Below, in pieces: positions 17,436 to 27,127 of a DNA stretch of 64,000 nt (positions within the stretch are counted from its first letter, which is position 1; each line of letters starts with the position of its first letter). The notes below the pieces were generated by a model that was not told the DNA's origin, did no database searches, and worked only from the letters and a program-made list of their open reading frames with translations. The DNA is from Clostridiales bacterium (GTDB taxonomy: Bacteria; Bacillota; Clostridia; Christensenellales; Borkfalkiaceae), in contig SVHJ01000003.1 in assembly GCA_015055835.1 (NCBI GenBank), forward strand, positions 13,257-77,256, read 5' to 3'. The translations under genes and the position numbers were made by a program.

Positions 17436-20400
17436 ATGACTGAAAAATTGACAAAATTTAAATCAAAAGCTATATTCGCTTTTCTTTTAGTTTGCCTACT
17501 TTCTTTCACGCTTGCTTTTACGGTAGCTTGTTCTAACGACCCTACCAAAATCAACGACGGAAAGTTCACTAAAACGGAAACCGATACGCAATTGATTACA
17601 AACGGTAATTTTGAATTCGGTGTGTCATCTATGACTATTGCCGATTATCCAGATACTACCGTTAGCAACTGGTCTATCGCTGTCGATAACGGTGCAAGTT
17701 CTTCTAAAGTTTCTTCTGGTGCTATTAAAGCAACTGATGAAGCATTTTCAGCAACTGTTAACAAACTTTACGAAGACGCTGATTTTAGAAACTGGGCACT
17801 TAAGTATTATTTCGACGCTGACGATACGACTGAGTTAAAAAAAGATGCTGAAACAGCTCTTGGTGAGGACGCTTCATCTACTGAAGTTAACAAATGGATT
17901 AAAGAAAAAGTTGTTAACAGAATTATGGGTAATGATGCTGATTATAACGCTGATGGTAAAGTTTTCTACAAAAACCCTGGCGTTGCTACTGAAACTGCTG
18001 AAAATGAAAAGCACGTTTTAATGTTAAACAACTTCTTAACTTCTGGTAATTCTTCTACCTACTACGGTTTTGGTACAGCTCAAAAAGCTACTAGTTCAAA
18101 AACCCTTACCCTAACCAAAGGTTCTTATGGTAAAGTTACAGTTTTTGTTAAAACTGGTTATTTAACTTCTAAAACTGCTGATGAATTTGGTGCTAACATT
18201 AGACTTATTTCAAACGTTAGCAACACAACTCAAGACGAATACAGCATTTCTAACATCAATACTAACGGCGAATGGGCTAAGTACGTTATTTACGTTAAAC
18301 CTAACAACCAAGCAACTTCTAACATAAAGGTTGTTTTAGGTTTAGGTTATGGTAACGGCGCTAACTTCTTCGACTATACTGTAGAAGGTACTGCTTATTT
18401 TGATAACGTTTCTTTTGAAGAATTAACTGCTAAAGAATATGCTGACGAAGTTGGAACTACTTTTAACGACAACTTTACTAGCGTAGATTTCAAGAGCACT
18501 CCTTCAACTGATAAAGTCCCTGCTAAAATTGTTAATAAAGACGGTGCTAACCTATCTTTATTCTCTTTAGCAACTGAAGATAGTGAAAACGTTACTTACT
18601 TTAACGAAGTTGACTTAGGTTCTTTAACACTAGATGGTGATTATACTACTTCAAGCACTGGTGTTGAAGGAAATAAATTTAATAAAGACGACCAAAAATC
18701 AGGCTACTCAATTGTAACTGAAGATGGTAAAGACGCTATTAAAATTACTACTGATAAAACAAGTTACGGTTTAGTTGTTAAGTCTGATGGCTTTACTATT
18801 GCTAATCAACAATTTATGCAAATCTCTTTCTTAGTTAAGGCTAACCTTGCTAAGTTTGATAAAACTGGTCTTTCAGTTTACGTTTACGATACTAAAACTG
18901 CTAACGTATATGACCCTTCTACGGACAAGTACACTTTAACAGTTTCAAACGCTAAAGATGCTGAATGGACAGAATATTCTTTAATTCTAAAGAACAACTT
19001 TGTTGATGGCGAAAATAAGAACTTCTATTTAGCTCTTTATTTAGGTCCTACAGACGTTGCTAACCAAAACGATCCTACGTTATACCCTACTGGTGACGTT
19101 TACGTAGCAGATATTAGATATGCTGTTGGTAACACTACTGTTGAAGAAGATGCTACAGACGACGTTTATGACATTTATTTCTTAAACAACAAAGCTGTTG
19201 ATAATGCAAAATCTTTTGCAGTTGCTTTATATGCTAACAACAACGCCGACTATGCTGAATCTTCTAGTAAAGACACTTTCACTTTCAGCGTTGCACCTAG
19301 TGATGAAGGAACTATCACCCATTCTCCTGCTAACGCTTTAGGATTTACCGGTGTTTCAAGTAACCACATTTACGTTAACCCTGAAGGAACTGATTCTTCT
19401 GTTAACGCCAACGACAATGCTGGTCTTATAAACTCTAACTACTTTGGTAACTACTCTATTCCTAACCTTGCACAAATGGTTAACTGGAATGGTGATGACA
19501 CTATTCAACCACTTATGATTTACAACAAAGAAGCTTCTTCTTACGGCTTTATTTCTACTCAAAGAACTATTGCTGTTGACAGTTTCTATGTTATAACGGT
19601 TGACGTTAGAGCTTTTGATGGCGCTACTGCTTTCGTTTACTTAGCAGACGCTACTAACTCTAGCGACATATTAAATCAAAAGTTCACAGCAGATAACGGT
19701 AAAATTTATTCTACTGATATGTTCTTTGAAGTAACTTCTGATATGTGTAACGAAACTGAAAGTGGATTTGTTACTTTATCTTTCTACGTTGCTACAGGCG
19801 CTACTTCTAAAAACCTTAAGATTGAATTATGGAATGGTTCAAGAGATGGTAAAACTCCTTCTAAAGGTTACGTATTCTTTGATAATTTAGTTGTTTCATC
19901 TTCTTTCACTGAAGGTAACTTTGAAAACGCTGCATCTCCTTTATACAACGCTTTTGCTGATGGTATAATTGATGATAGCGACCTTGTTTACTATACTCAA
20001 AAACTTACTAATGAAGAAATCGAATATAACAAACAAGTTAATGATGATGAAAAGTTTAAGTATTCTTCAAAGATTGTTTTAGCAAGTGACTTTGATTACG
20101 AATTAGTTGATGGCGTTTATGTTCCTGCAAATCATAAAGGCACTTTCCTTTACACAATCTTTAACACGATTGACCCATCTGAATCTGTAATTCCTAGCAT
20201 TGATAATGATGAAGGTTCTAGTTGTACTACAAACTATGACCCATCTACTTTCTGGTTATCATTCTCTTCTGTTCTTTTAGCTGCTGCAATTTTCGTTGCG
20301 TTAGTTGCTGTTATCGTTAAGACTTTCAGAACTAAAAACAAAAAGAATAAGAGTGATGCTAAGAGTCATTACAAGGTTGTAAGCAGAAACAAAATTACAA

Positions 20401-20591
20401 AAGTTGCTAAAAAAGAAGTTTCTTTTGAAGATTTTGAAGATACGACTGATGAAATCGTTGAAGAAGTAACTGAACCTGTAGAAGAAATTACTGAAGAACC
20501 TGTTGAAGAAGTTCAAGAAACAGAGGAATCAGAAGAATACACTTATGGTGAAGTTTTAGAAGACTTCTCTGATGATGACAAAAACAATTAG
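17436..20591 (+). CDS. Large (1051 aa) cell-surface protein: probable lipoprotein signal, three CBM-like beta-sandwich modules, C-terminal TM helix and Lys-rich then acidic cytoplasmic tail
   Basis: Signal plus FTVACS. Modules open with a NGNFEFG-type motif and end with AYFDNVSFEEL, VYVADIRYAV and VFFDNLVVSS. TM helix FWLSFSSVLLAAAIFVALVAVIV. The tail is KNKKNK... followed by EEVTEPVEEITEEPVEEVQETEESEE. Confidence 0.6.
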   Translation: MTEKLTKFKSKAIFAFLLVCLLSFTLAFTVACSNDPTKINDGKFTKTETDTQLITNGNFEFGVSSMTIADYPDTTVSNWSIAVDNGASSSKVSSGAIKATDEAFSATVNKLYEDADFRNWALKYYFDADDTTELKKDAETALGEDASSTEVNKWIKEKVVNRIMGNDADYNADGKVFYKNPGVATETAENEKHVLMLNNFLTSGNSSTYYGFGTAQKATSSKTLTLTKGSYGKVTVFVKTGYLTSKTADEFGANIRLISNVSNTTQDEYSISNINTNGEWAKYVIYVKPNNQATSNIKVVLGLGYGNGANFFDYTVEGTAYFDNVSFEELTAKEYADEVGTTFNDNFTSVDFKSTPSTDKVPAKIVNKDGANLSLFSLATEDSENVTYFNEVDLGSLTLDGDYTTSSTGVEGNKFNKDDQKSGYSIVTEDGKDAIKITTDKTSYGLVVKSDGFTIANQQFMQISFLVKANLAKFDKTGLSVYVYDTKTANVYDPSTDKYTLTVSNAKDAEWTEYSLILKNNFVDGENKNFYLALYLGPTDVANQNDPTLYPTGDVYVADIRYAVGNTTVEEDATDDVYDIYFLNNKAVDNAKSFAVALYANNNADYAESSSKDTFTFSVAPSDEGTITHSPANALGFTGVSSNHIYVNPEGTDSSVNANDNAGLINSNYFGNYSIPNLAQMVNWNGDDTIQPLMIYNKEASSYGFISTQRTIAVDSFYVITVDVRAFDGATAFVYLADATNSSDILNQKFTADNGKIYSTDMFFEVTSDMCNETESGFVTLSFYVATGATSKNLKIELWNGSRDGKTPSKGYVFFDNLVVSSSFTEGNFENAASPLYNAFADGIIDDSDLVYYTQKLTNEEIEYNKQVNDDEKFKYSSKIVLASDFDYELVDGVYVPANHKGTFLYTIFNTIDPSESVIPSIDNDEGSSCTTNYDPSTFWLSFSSVLLAAAIFVALVAVIVKTFRTKNKKNKSDAKSHYKVVSRNKITKVAKKEVSFEDFEDTTDEIVEEVTEPVEEITEEPVEEVQETEESEEYTYGEVLEDFSDDDKNN

Positions 20592-20611
20592 TTTTTAATC
20601 TCAATTTAATT

Positions 20612-20646
20612 AAAAAAGGATAGATTTAGTTTCTATCCTTTTTTTG
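20612..20646 (+). terminator. Rho-independent terminator after the 1051-aa gene
   Basis: GGATAGA-loop-TCTATCC (20618-20638) followed by T7. Confidence 0.7.
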
Positions 20647-20681
20647 TTTATATTTTTAATCAAATTACATATAAATATAGT

Positions 20682-21719
20682 ATGAATAATATTGTTTTGA
20701 CTGGTGGTGGCACAGGTGGCCATTGTATCCCTAACGTAGCACTTTTACCATACTTAAAAAGTTTTGATAACGTTTACTATATCGGCTCTACCCCTATTGA
20801 AAAAAATATTGCTATTAAAAACGGTTTAACTTATTTTAACGTTCCTTCACAAAAACTTGTTAGAAGTTTTACTCTTAAAAACCTTTCAATCCCCTTTACG
20901 ATTATAAAAGGTATTAAGGAAAGCAAAGAGGTATTAAAAAAATTAAAACCTAAAGTTGTTTTTTCAAAAGGTGGATACGTATCTTTTCCAGTTGTAGTTG
21001 CGGCACGTTCTTTAAAAATACCTGTGGTTTTACATGAAAGCGATTATTCTATAGGTTTAGCAAATAAACTATCCTTTAAGTTTTGTGATAAAATTTTAAC
21101 AGCATTTCCTGAAACGGCTAAAACTATTAAAAACGCTGAGTTTGTTGGTAACCCTATAAGAAAATTTAACCTAAATAAAAACCAAACTATTTATAAAAAA
21201 CAGCTTGGTCTTGATGATAAACCCACCATATTAGTTATTGGTGGTAGCTTAGGAAGTAAAAAAATAAACGAAGTTATTCTTTCTTCACTTGAAAACTTAC
21301 TTCCCCATTTTAACGTTTTGCATATAGTTGGAAAAAACAATGCTACTAATATTAGTAAAAAGGGTTACGTTCAATTAGAGTTTTTAGACGATATTGAAAA
21401 GGCTTACTCCTTAGCAGACGTTGCAATCTCAAGAGCAGGCGCTAACACCCTTTTTGAGCTTTGTAGCCTTAAAATACCCACCCTTTTTATTCCTTTATCA
21501 AACAAGGTTTCAAGAGGCGACCAAATTGAAAATGCCCGTTATTTTGCAAATAAAAATATGGCTTTAACTTTAATGGAAGAAGATCTTACAAAAGAAAATT
21601 TAACTGAAAAAATATTTTATTTGTATAAAAACAGATTTACTTTTGTAAAAAATCTTGAAAGTTTAGACCTTTTAGGTGCTAACCAAAAAATCGCTAATAT
21701 TCTTTCTTCTTATATTTAG
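20682..21719 (+). CDS. murG: UDP-N-acetylglucosamine--N-acetylmuramyl-(pentapeptide) pyrophosphoryl-undecaprenol GlcNAc transferase
   Basis: LTGGGTGGHCIPN N-terminal motif, HESD, ISRAGANTLFE. 345 aa. Confidence 0.85.
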   Translation: MNNIVLTGGGTGGHCIPNVALLPYLKSFDNVYYIGSTPIEKNIAIKNGLTYFNVPSQKLVRSFTLKNLSIPFTIIKGIKESKEVLKKLKPKVVFSKGGYVSFPVVVAARSLKIPVVLHESDYSIGLANKLSFKFCDKILTAFPETAKTIKNAEFVGNPIRKFNLNKNQTIYKKQLGLDDKPTILVIGGSLGSKKINEVILSSLENLLPHFNVLHIVGKNNATNISKKGYVQLEFLDDIEKAYSLADVAISRAGANTLFELCSLKIPTLFIPLSNKVSRGDQIENARYFANKNMALTLMEEDLTKENLTEKIFYLYKNRFTFVKNLESLDLLGANQKIANILSSYI

Positions 21720-21934
21720 ATATTTATCTCTTTTAAAAATGTTTTTGCAAAATTATCCCTTTTTAGTTGGAATAGTATTTCTTCAGTAGTAAGATTATTA
21801 AAATAAAAACTAAAAAGGGTATCTGTAAAGTTTAATGGTATTTCTTTTTTATTTTCTTCATTCCTTTTTATAGTTATTACCTTTAATTTGTTTTTCTTAA
21901 AAATATTCTTTATTTTATTAATTATTGTTTTCAT
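21716..21934 (-). CDS. Small (72 aa) Lys-rich hypothetical protein
   Basis: A strong SD (AAGGAGG) lies 4-5 nt upstream of the ATG. No recognisable family. Divergently transcribed from the WYL regulator. Confidence 0.45.
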   Translation of the reverse strand: MKTIINKIKNIFKKNKLKVITIKRNEENKKEIPLNFTDTLFSFYFNNLTTEEILFQLKRDNFAKTFLKEINI

Positions 21935-22015
21935 ATTGCCTCCTTATTTACACCCTTATTATATTGCTAATTTGTGCCATATGCTTGTCATATTTGAAAA
22001 TAATTTATAAATTAC

Positions 22016-22044
22016 TTGACTATAATTATTTTTTTAACTACAAT
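22016..22044 (+). promoter_or_regulatory. Sigma-A-type promoter of the WYL regulator gene
   Basis: TTGACT (22016-22021), 17-nt spacer, TACAAT (22039-22044). The perfect 14-bp palindrome TAATTTATAAATTA (22001-22014) abuts the -35 element. Confidence 0.5.
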
Positions 22045-22075
22045 ATAAATATGTCAAATTAAGGAAGTAAAAAAC

Positions 22076-22996
22076 ATGAAATACGAATTGATGCTTAGAA
22101 TTTTATTTGAACTTTTGTCGAAAAAAACCGTACAGGCTTCTTATCTTGCTGAAAAGTATGAAATTTCTACAAGAACTGTTTATAGATACATATCTTGCAT
22201 TGAATACGCAGGCATTCCTATTTATACTAAGCGTGGTAATGCTGGTGGTTTTTGTATTATGGAAAATTATAGACTTCCTGCTAGTTTTTTAACTAAAAAA
22301 GAGTTTAATGAAACAATTAGTGCACTAAAAGGAATAAACGAACACGTTGAAAATAAAACCATAACTAGCGTTATAAATAAACTTTTTTCATTAACTAAAA
22401 AAGAATATTATGATTTTGATATTAAAAATGGTCATTTAATTATTGACTCTACTTCTTGGGGCGACACAAGCGAGCATAAAGATAAACTTACTATGATTGA
22501 AAATGGTATTGAAAACAATCTTATTCTTGAAATTGATTATCTTGATAGAAATGGCGAACGCTCTAAACGACTAATTGAACCACATAATATCGTGCTTAAA
22601 CAAGGGTTATGGTACGTTTTTGCTTATTGTAATTTAAGAAATGAATTTAGGCTTTTCAAAATTGGACGTATCGAAAAAATAAATACATTAAAAGATACTT
22701 TTGTTAAACGACCTATTCCCGACGTATTACCTTTTGAAAACTGGTACGCTACCGACAATGCTGAATTAGTTGAATTTATAGTTGATGAAAAAATAGTTGC
22801 TGACGTTGAAGAGTGGCTTGGCGTTAACAACGTTAAAAAAGGAGAAAAAATAACTGCTAAAGCAGTTTTACCAATTGATGATATTTTAATTGGAAAAATT
22901 TTGAGTTTTGGAGATGGGCTAAAAGTTGTTTCTCCTAAAAAATTAAAAAAAGATATAAAGAAAAAAATAGAAGATATTATAAAATATTACAATTAA
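22076..22996 (+). CDS. YafY-type transcriptional regulator (N-terminal wHTH + WYL domain)
   Basis: The N-terminus (LLSKKTVQASYLAEKYEISTRTVYRYISCIEYAGIPIYTKRGNAGG) is a DeoR/HTH_11-type wHTH. The central part (IEPHNIVLKQGLWYVFAYCNLRNEFRLFKIGRI) is a WYL domain. Confidence 0.8.
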   Translation: MKYELMLRILFELLSKKTVQASYLAEKYEISTRTVYRYISCIEYAGIPIYTKRGNAGGFCIMENYRLPASFLTKKEFNETISALKGINEHVENKTITSVINKLFSLTKKEYYDFDIKNGHLIIDSTSWGDTSEHKDKLTMIENGIENNLILEIDYLDRNGERSKRLIEPHNIVLKQGLWYVFAYCNLRNEFRLFKIGRIEKINTLKDTFVKRPIPDVLPFENWYATDNAELVEFIVDEKIVADVEEWLGVNNVKKGEKITAKAVLPIDDILIGKILSFGDGLKVVSPKKLKKDIKKKIEDIIKYYN

Positions 22997-23023
22997 AAAA
23001 GGCTGATTTTTTCAGCCTTTTTT
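22995..23023. terminator. Bidirectional terminator between convergent WYL regulator and gpsA
   Basis: GGCTGA-TTTTT-TCAGCC hairpin (23001-23017) flanked by A6 and T5. Confidence 0.6.
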
Positions 23024-23024
23024 A

Positions 23025-23984
23025 CTAAAATTCTTTTTTAATTGTTCTTTCAAATAGTTTTGAAAACGCTTCCATAGGTTCTTTGCCGTTATATAACACT
23101 TCATAAACGGCGTTAGTTATAGGTAATTCTTCCCCATACTTTTCCCCTAGGTTTTTCATAGCCTTAGTAGTAGCAACACCCTCTGCAAGCTTTTCAAATT
23201 CTACTTTTTTAACAAACTTTTCGCCAAACACTCTGTTATGAGAAAATTGACTAAATAAAGTTGCTTCGTAGTCACCAAGATGACAAAGCCCATATGCAGA
23301 AAGTTCGTTTCCACCCATTACTTTAATAAGTCTTGCAACCTCTCTAGTGCCTCTTGCCATCAACGCGCCTTTAAGTGTTGAATAGCCAGAACCGTCTAAC
23401 ATACCTGCAGCAATTCCCATTACGTTTTTAGCGGCTGCGCCTATTTCACTACCGATAATATCGTCGCCATAATAAAAACGAATAAGATTACTTCTAAAAT
23501 TATCAGCTAAATAGGTAGTTAATTCTTTTGAATAGGAGTCGATTACCATACAGCTTGGTTGTCCTTGCGTAAAAGCTTGTATGTGCCCAGGACCAACCCA
23601 AACGGCAATCTTGTTTTTATCTATACCGTGTTCTATTAAAATTTCACTTAAACGCTTACCCGTTTCAACTTCTATACCTTTCATACAAAGCACGAAAGTC
23701 TTTTTGCTTAAATCATACGCCGTTAATCTTTTTACAAATCCCCTTACTTCTTGTGAAGGAATTGAAATTATTATAATATCGCTTTTATTTACTGCAAGTT
23801 CTAGGTCTGAAGTTAAATAAATTCTCTTATCAAGTTCTACGTATTCGTTCTTTCCTTGCGTTTTTAAAACCTCATAAGAATAACTGCCTTCAATACCCCA
23901 GTTGGTTACGTCAAAGCCCTTATTACATAAATACCAGGCAATGAAAGATCCCCATCTTCCACAGCCCAAAACTGAAATTTTCAT
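23025..23984 (-). CDS. gpsA: NAD(P)H-dependent glycerol-3-phosphate dehydrogenase
   Basis: MKISVLGCGRWGSFIAW Rossmann motif, GPGHIQ, GAAAKNVMGIAAG. 319 aa. Confidence 0.85.
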   Translation of the reverse strand: MKISVLGCGRWGSFIAWYLCNKGFDVTNWGIEGSYSYEVLKTQGKNEYVELDKRIYLTSDLELAVNKSDIIIISIPSQEVRGFVKRLTAYDLSKKTFVLCMKGIEVETGKRLSEILIEHGIDKNKIAVWVGPGHIQAFTQGQPSCMVIDSYSKELTTYLADNFRSNLIRFYYGDDIIGSEIGAAAKNVMGIAAGMLDGSGYSTLKGALMARGTREVARLIKVMGGNELSAYGLCHLGDYEATLFSQFSHNRVFGEKFVKKVEFEKLAEGVATTKAMKNLGEKYGEELPITNAVYEVLYNGKEPMEAFSKLFERTIKKEF

Positions 23985-23998
23985 CTTTTATTCCTCTA

Positions 23999-24589
23999 TT
24001 ATAAAGTCTTTCTGTCAACGAAAGCTCTTGCTAAAGTCACTTCGTCGGCATATTCTAAGTCAGTCCCTATTGGAATGCCATGCGCAAGCCTTGTTACTTT
24101 TACGCCAAGTGGTTTTATTAGGCTGGTTATATACATAGCCGTTGCCTCACCCTCAACGTCAGGGTTTGTTGCTAATATAATTTCATTAACACCCTCACCT
24201 ATTCTAGAAAGCAACTCTTTTATTCTTATATCGTTTGGCCCTATTCCGTCCATTGGAGATATAGTTCCGTGTAAAACGTGGTAAACCCCTTGGTATTCGT
24301 TAAGTTTTTCTATTGCAATTACGTCTTTTGGTTCTTTTACAACGCAAATTGTACTGTTTGAACGTGATTTACATATGTCGCAAACATCATCTTCAGAAAA
24401 GTTACCACAAACTTTGCAATAATGAACGTTCTTTTTAGCAAGCAAAATAGCTTCGGCAAATTCTTCTGCCTCTTCTTTAGACATGTTTATTATTTTATAA
24501 GCAAATCTTTGCGCAGTTTTTTTGCCAACTCCAGGAAGTTTACTAAATTCGTTTATTAGTTTTCCTATAGGTTCAATATATACCTTCAT
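23999..24589 (-). CDS. recR: Recombination protein RecR
   Basis: [14 protein letters not shown] helix-hairpin-helix, [16 protein letters not shown] zinc finger, Toprim region. 196 aa. Confidence 0.9.
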   Translation of the reverse strand: MKVYIEPIGKLINEFSKLPGVGKKTAQRFAYKIINMSKEEAEEFAEAILLAKKNVHYCKVCGNFSEDDVCDICKSRSNSTICVVKEPKDVIAIEKLNEYQGVYHVLHGTISPMDGIGPNDIRIKELLSRIGEGVNEIILATNPDVEGEATAMYITSLIKPLGVKVTRLAHGIPIGTDLEYADEVTLARAFVDRKTL

Positions 24590-24927
24590 TAAAATCCACC
24601 TAAAGCACTAAATTTTCCTAACTTTTGTTGAGATAATTCATCAGCTTTTGATTTTGCATCATTAAATGCAACCACTATTAAATCTTCAAGCATTTCAATA
24701 TCATCTACGTCAACAACGTCTGGATTGATTGAAATTCCTAAAAATTCTCCTTTACCATTAAGCGTTACCTTAACAAGTCCGTTTGAAGCAGTTCCTTCAA
24801 TTTCAGCTTGTTCTAGTTCTTCTTGCGCCTTCATCATTTCTTGTTGCATTTTTTGTATTTGTTTCATCATTTGCATTTGGTTTCCACCACCGAAGCCTCC
24901 ACCAAAGCCACCTCTGTATCCTGCCAT
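24589..24927 (-). CDS. ybaB: YbaB/EbfC family nucleoid-associated protein
   Basis: The 112-aa protein has [20 protein letters not shown]..., a Gly-rich N-terminus, and the conserved dnaX-ybaB-recR position. Confidence 0.85.
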   Translation of the reverse strand: MAGYRGGFGGGFGGGNQMQMMKQIQKMQQEMMKAQEELEQAEIEGTASNGLVKVTLNGKGEFLGISINPDVVDVDDIEMLEDLIVVAFNDAKSKADELSQQKLGKFSALGGF

Positions 24928-24939
24928 TATTCTATCCTC

Positions 24940-26523
24940 CTACTTTTTTATAATAACCGTATCTTCACCAAATTTTGATTTCATTTCTTCAATTTCATCT
25001 AAAACCTTGTTTGTAGGCTCTTTTGATAAAGATATAACTTTAATTTCAAATTCATCAAATTCGTTTAATTCTTCCCTTATTGCTTTTAATGATTCTTCCA
25101 TATTAACTATTTCATAATCACTTTCAGTTGAAACGGTAATAACTAAACTTTCACCTTCAATTAAAATTTTCGCACTTTGTAGTTTTGCCCACAACATATA
25201 TCTTTCGCTTTTTCTAAGCCCACTTATTATCATTGCCGTGGCTTCTTGCGAAGTTATAGTACTTAATTTCTTTTTGAAAAACTTTTTTTCCTCTACTTTT
25301 TCTTCTACAACTTGTTCTGTGGAAACAGGCGTAGCACCATTTATATTAGCGCTACCATTTGCCACAAAAACTCCCTTTTTAAGCTGTTCTTCTAGCTTAG
25401 AAACCCTAAGTAGCAAACTATCAACGTCATAGTTGTTTTGTGGAAGACCTGCCCTTAAAGCCGTTGTTTCAACCAAAACCCTTGGGTTAGTTGAATATCT
25501 TAAATCACTTTCACAAAATGAAAATAATTCTAATACCTTTACCATAAACGTTTCAGTTGCTAAGGCTGAAATTTCTTTCATCTCCTCAAACTTATCGCTT
25601 GGAAGATTTAATATAGCGTTTGCATCTTTAGAAGTTTTTATTACCAAAAGATCTCTTGTAACAGATATTATATCTTTACAAAGCAGGCTCATTGCTTTGC
25701 CTTGTTTTGCCATTTGGTCTATTAAATCAAATATTTTTGAACTATTTCCTGCTAAAATATTTTTTACTAGTTCTAATAATTTACTATTATCTGATGCCCC
25801 TAATACGTCTAAAACGTCCTTATATTCTAATTTTCTATTAGAATATGAAACACATGTGTCTGCAATAGAAAGCGCATCTCTTACACTACCTTCCCCTGCC
25901 TTTGCTATAGCCATAACGGCTTCTTTATCATATTCTTTACCTATATCGTCAAAAATTTTTGCAATTAACGTAGCAATTTCTTTTACGTCTATAAGTTTAA
26001 AATCAAAACGCATACAACGAGATAAAATTGTTTGTGGAATTTTATGAACTTCCGTCGTTGCTAAAATAAATACTGCGTGCTTTGGTGGTTCTTCTAACGT
26101 TTTTAGTAAAGCGTTAAATGCTGGACCAGTTAACATATGCACTTCGTCTATGATATAAACTTTATATCTTACTTCAACTGGTGGATAGGTTACCTTTTCC
26201 CTTAAATCCCTTATTTCATTTACGCCGTTATTTGATGCTGCGTCAATTTCAATTACGTCCATATTAGAAGGCGTAAGCAATGCCTTACAAGCAGGACATT
26301 CTCCACAAGGAGAACCGTTTTTTGGCGTCAAACAGTTAATTGCTCTTGAAAATATTTTTGCAACCGAAGTTTTACCTGTACCTCTAGTACCGGTAAATAA
26401 ATATGCGTGACCTATTCTGTTTTCTTTAATTTGATTTGTTAAGGTAGTTTTTATATGGTCTTGTCCTACTACTGAATCAAAATCAACTGGTCTATATTTT
26501 CTATACAATGCAATATATGACAT
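24940..26523 (-). CDS. dnaX: DNA polymerase III subunit gamma/tau
   Basis: YRKYRP, GHAYLFTGTRGTGKTS Walker A, Zn module CGECPAC, IIDEVHML, SRC motif (LSRCMRF). Confidence 0.9.
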   Translation of the reverse strand: MSYIALYRKYRPVDFDSVVGQDHIKTTLTNQIKENRIGHAYLFTGTRGTGKTSVAKIFSRAINCLTPKNGSPCGECPACKALLTPSNMDVIEIDAASNNGVNEIRDLREKVTYPPVEVRYKVYIIDEVHMLTGPAFNALLKTLEEPPKHAVFILATTEVHKIPQTILSRCMRFDFKLIDVKEIATLIAKIFDDIGKEYDKEAVMAIAKAGEGSVRDALSIADTCVSYSNRKLEYKDVLDVLGASDNSKLLELVKNILAGNSSKIFDLIDQMAKQGKAMSLLCKDIISVTRDLLVIKTSKDANAILNLPSDKFEEMKEISALATETFMVKVLELFSFCESDLRYSTNPRVLVETTALRAGLPQNNYDVDSLLLRVSKLEEQLKKGVFVANGSANINGATPVSTEQVVEEKVEEKKFFKKKLSTITSQEATAMIISGLRKSERYMLWAKLQSAKILIEGESLVITVSTESDYEIVNMEESLKAIREELNEFDEFEIKVISLSKEPTNKVLDEIEEMKSKFGEDTVIIKK

Positions 26524-26532
26524 TTTATTCTC

Positions 26533-27126
26533 CTATATTTTTCCTATTAACTTTTTTCTTATTCTTTGAACGGCGTTATTTATTGCCTTTTCTTCCTTTT
26601 CAAGCTTTGTTGCTATCTCTTTATAAGAATAATTTTTTAAGTAAAGCGTAAATACTTCAAACTCAAATTTACTTAAAACCTTTTCAAACTTAACCCAAAG
26701 TTCTGCAACGCTTTCTTCGCTTATTATTTTACTTTCAGGATCAACTGCGTTTAAGTCGATTATCCTTTCAATTCTACTTATATCTTCAGGATTAGATGAA
26801 TTTAATGAAAGGGCTGTTTTTGTTATAACGTCTTTTTTACGATTTTTCCCTTTAATTTCATCTAAAATTCTTCTATCAATACAAACGTACGCAAAAGTGG
26901 TAAAACTGCTACTTCCTTTATACGCTTTTATTGCATTTGAAACGGCAAGGCGACCAGTTTGTAAAAACTCATCCTTTTTATAATCGTCAAGCCTTCCCAC
27001 CCTTTGATTTATAATTTTAAGTATTAAGTTTGTATACCTTTTTATTAACGAATTTTCTGCTTGAGTATCGCCGTTTTTTGCGCACTCAATAAGTTCTTCA
27101 TCCGTTAAAATACTGTAATCTTTCAT
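26533..27126 (-). CDS. sigH: Sigma-70 family sigma factor, SigH-like by synteny
   Basis: The 197-aa protein has region 2 (LIKRYTNLILKI...) and region 4 (YKEIATKLEKEEKAINNAVQRIRKKL). The gene order mrnC-rlmB-sigma matches the Firmicute yazC-yacO-(yacP)-sigH block. Confidence 0.65.
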   Translation of the reverse strand: MKDYSILTDEELIECAKNGDTQAENSLIKRYTNLILKIINQRVGRLDDYKKDEFLQTGRLAVSNAIKAYKGSSSFTTFAYVCIDRRILDEIKGKNRKKDVITKTALSLNSSNPEDISRIERIIDLNAVDPESKIISEESVAELWVKFEKVLSKFEFEVFTLYLKNYSYKEIATKLEKEEKAINNAVQRIRKKLIGKI

Positions 27127-27127
27127 C

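Noticed and set aside
20455-20545. Acidic imperfect DNA repeats at the 3' end of the 1051-aa gene as a possible contingency (phase-variable) locus.
   Set aside because: The repeats are degenerate at the nucleotide level (GAAGAAGT../GAAGAAAT../GAAGAACC..), not a homopolymeric or perfect short tandem repeat tract. Slipped-strand phase variation is therefore unlikely.
25282-25288. An A AAA AAG slippery heptamer in the zero frame of dnaX (GAA AAA AAG, ...EEKKFF...), reminiscent of the E. coli tau/gamma -1 frameshift site.
   Set aside because: The -1 frame runs 22 more codons before a TAG rather than stopping at once. I see no stimulatory SD-like element or stable downstream hairpin. Such heptamers are expected by chance in an AT-rich, Lys-rich gene, and Firmicute dnaX is not known to frameshift.
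25433-26047. Long antisense ORFs in the track (for example 25433-26047, 1413-1781, 38311-38679, 42661-43074, 52098-52508, 63522-63926, 24725-25117).
   Set aside because: Each lies entirely inside a well-supported conserved gene on the opposite strand (dnaX, the Na/Pi transporter, clpX, rqcH, addB, the P-type ATPase, ybaB/dnaX). Their translations are low-complexity Ser/Phe/Leu/Ile-rich strings typical of antisense frames in AT-rich genes, and none has an SD.
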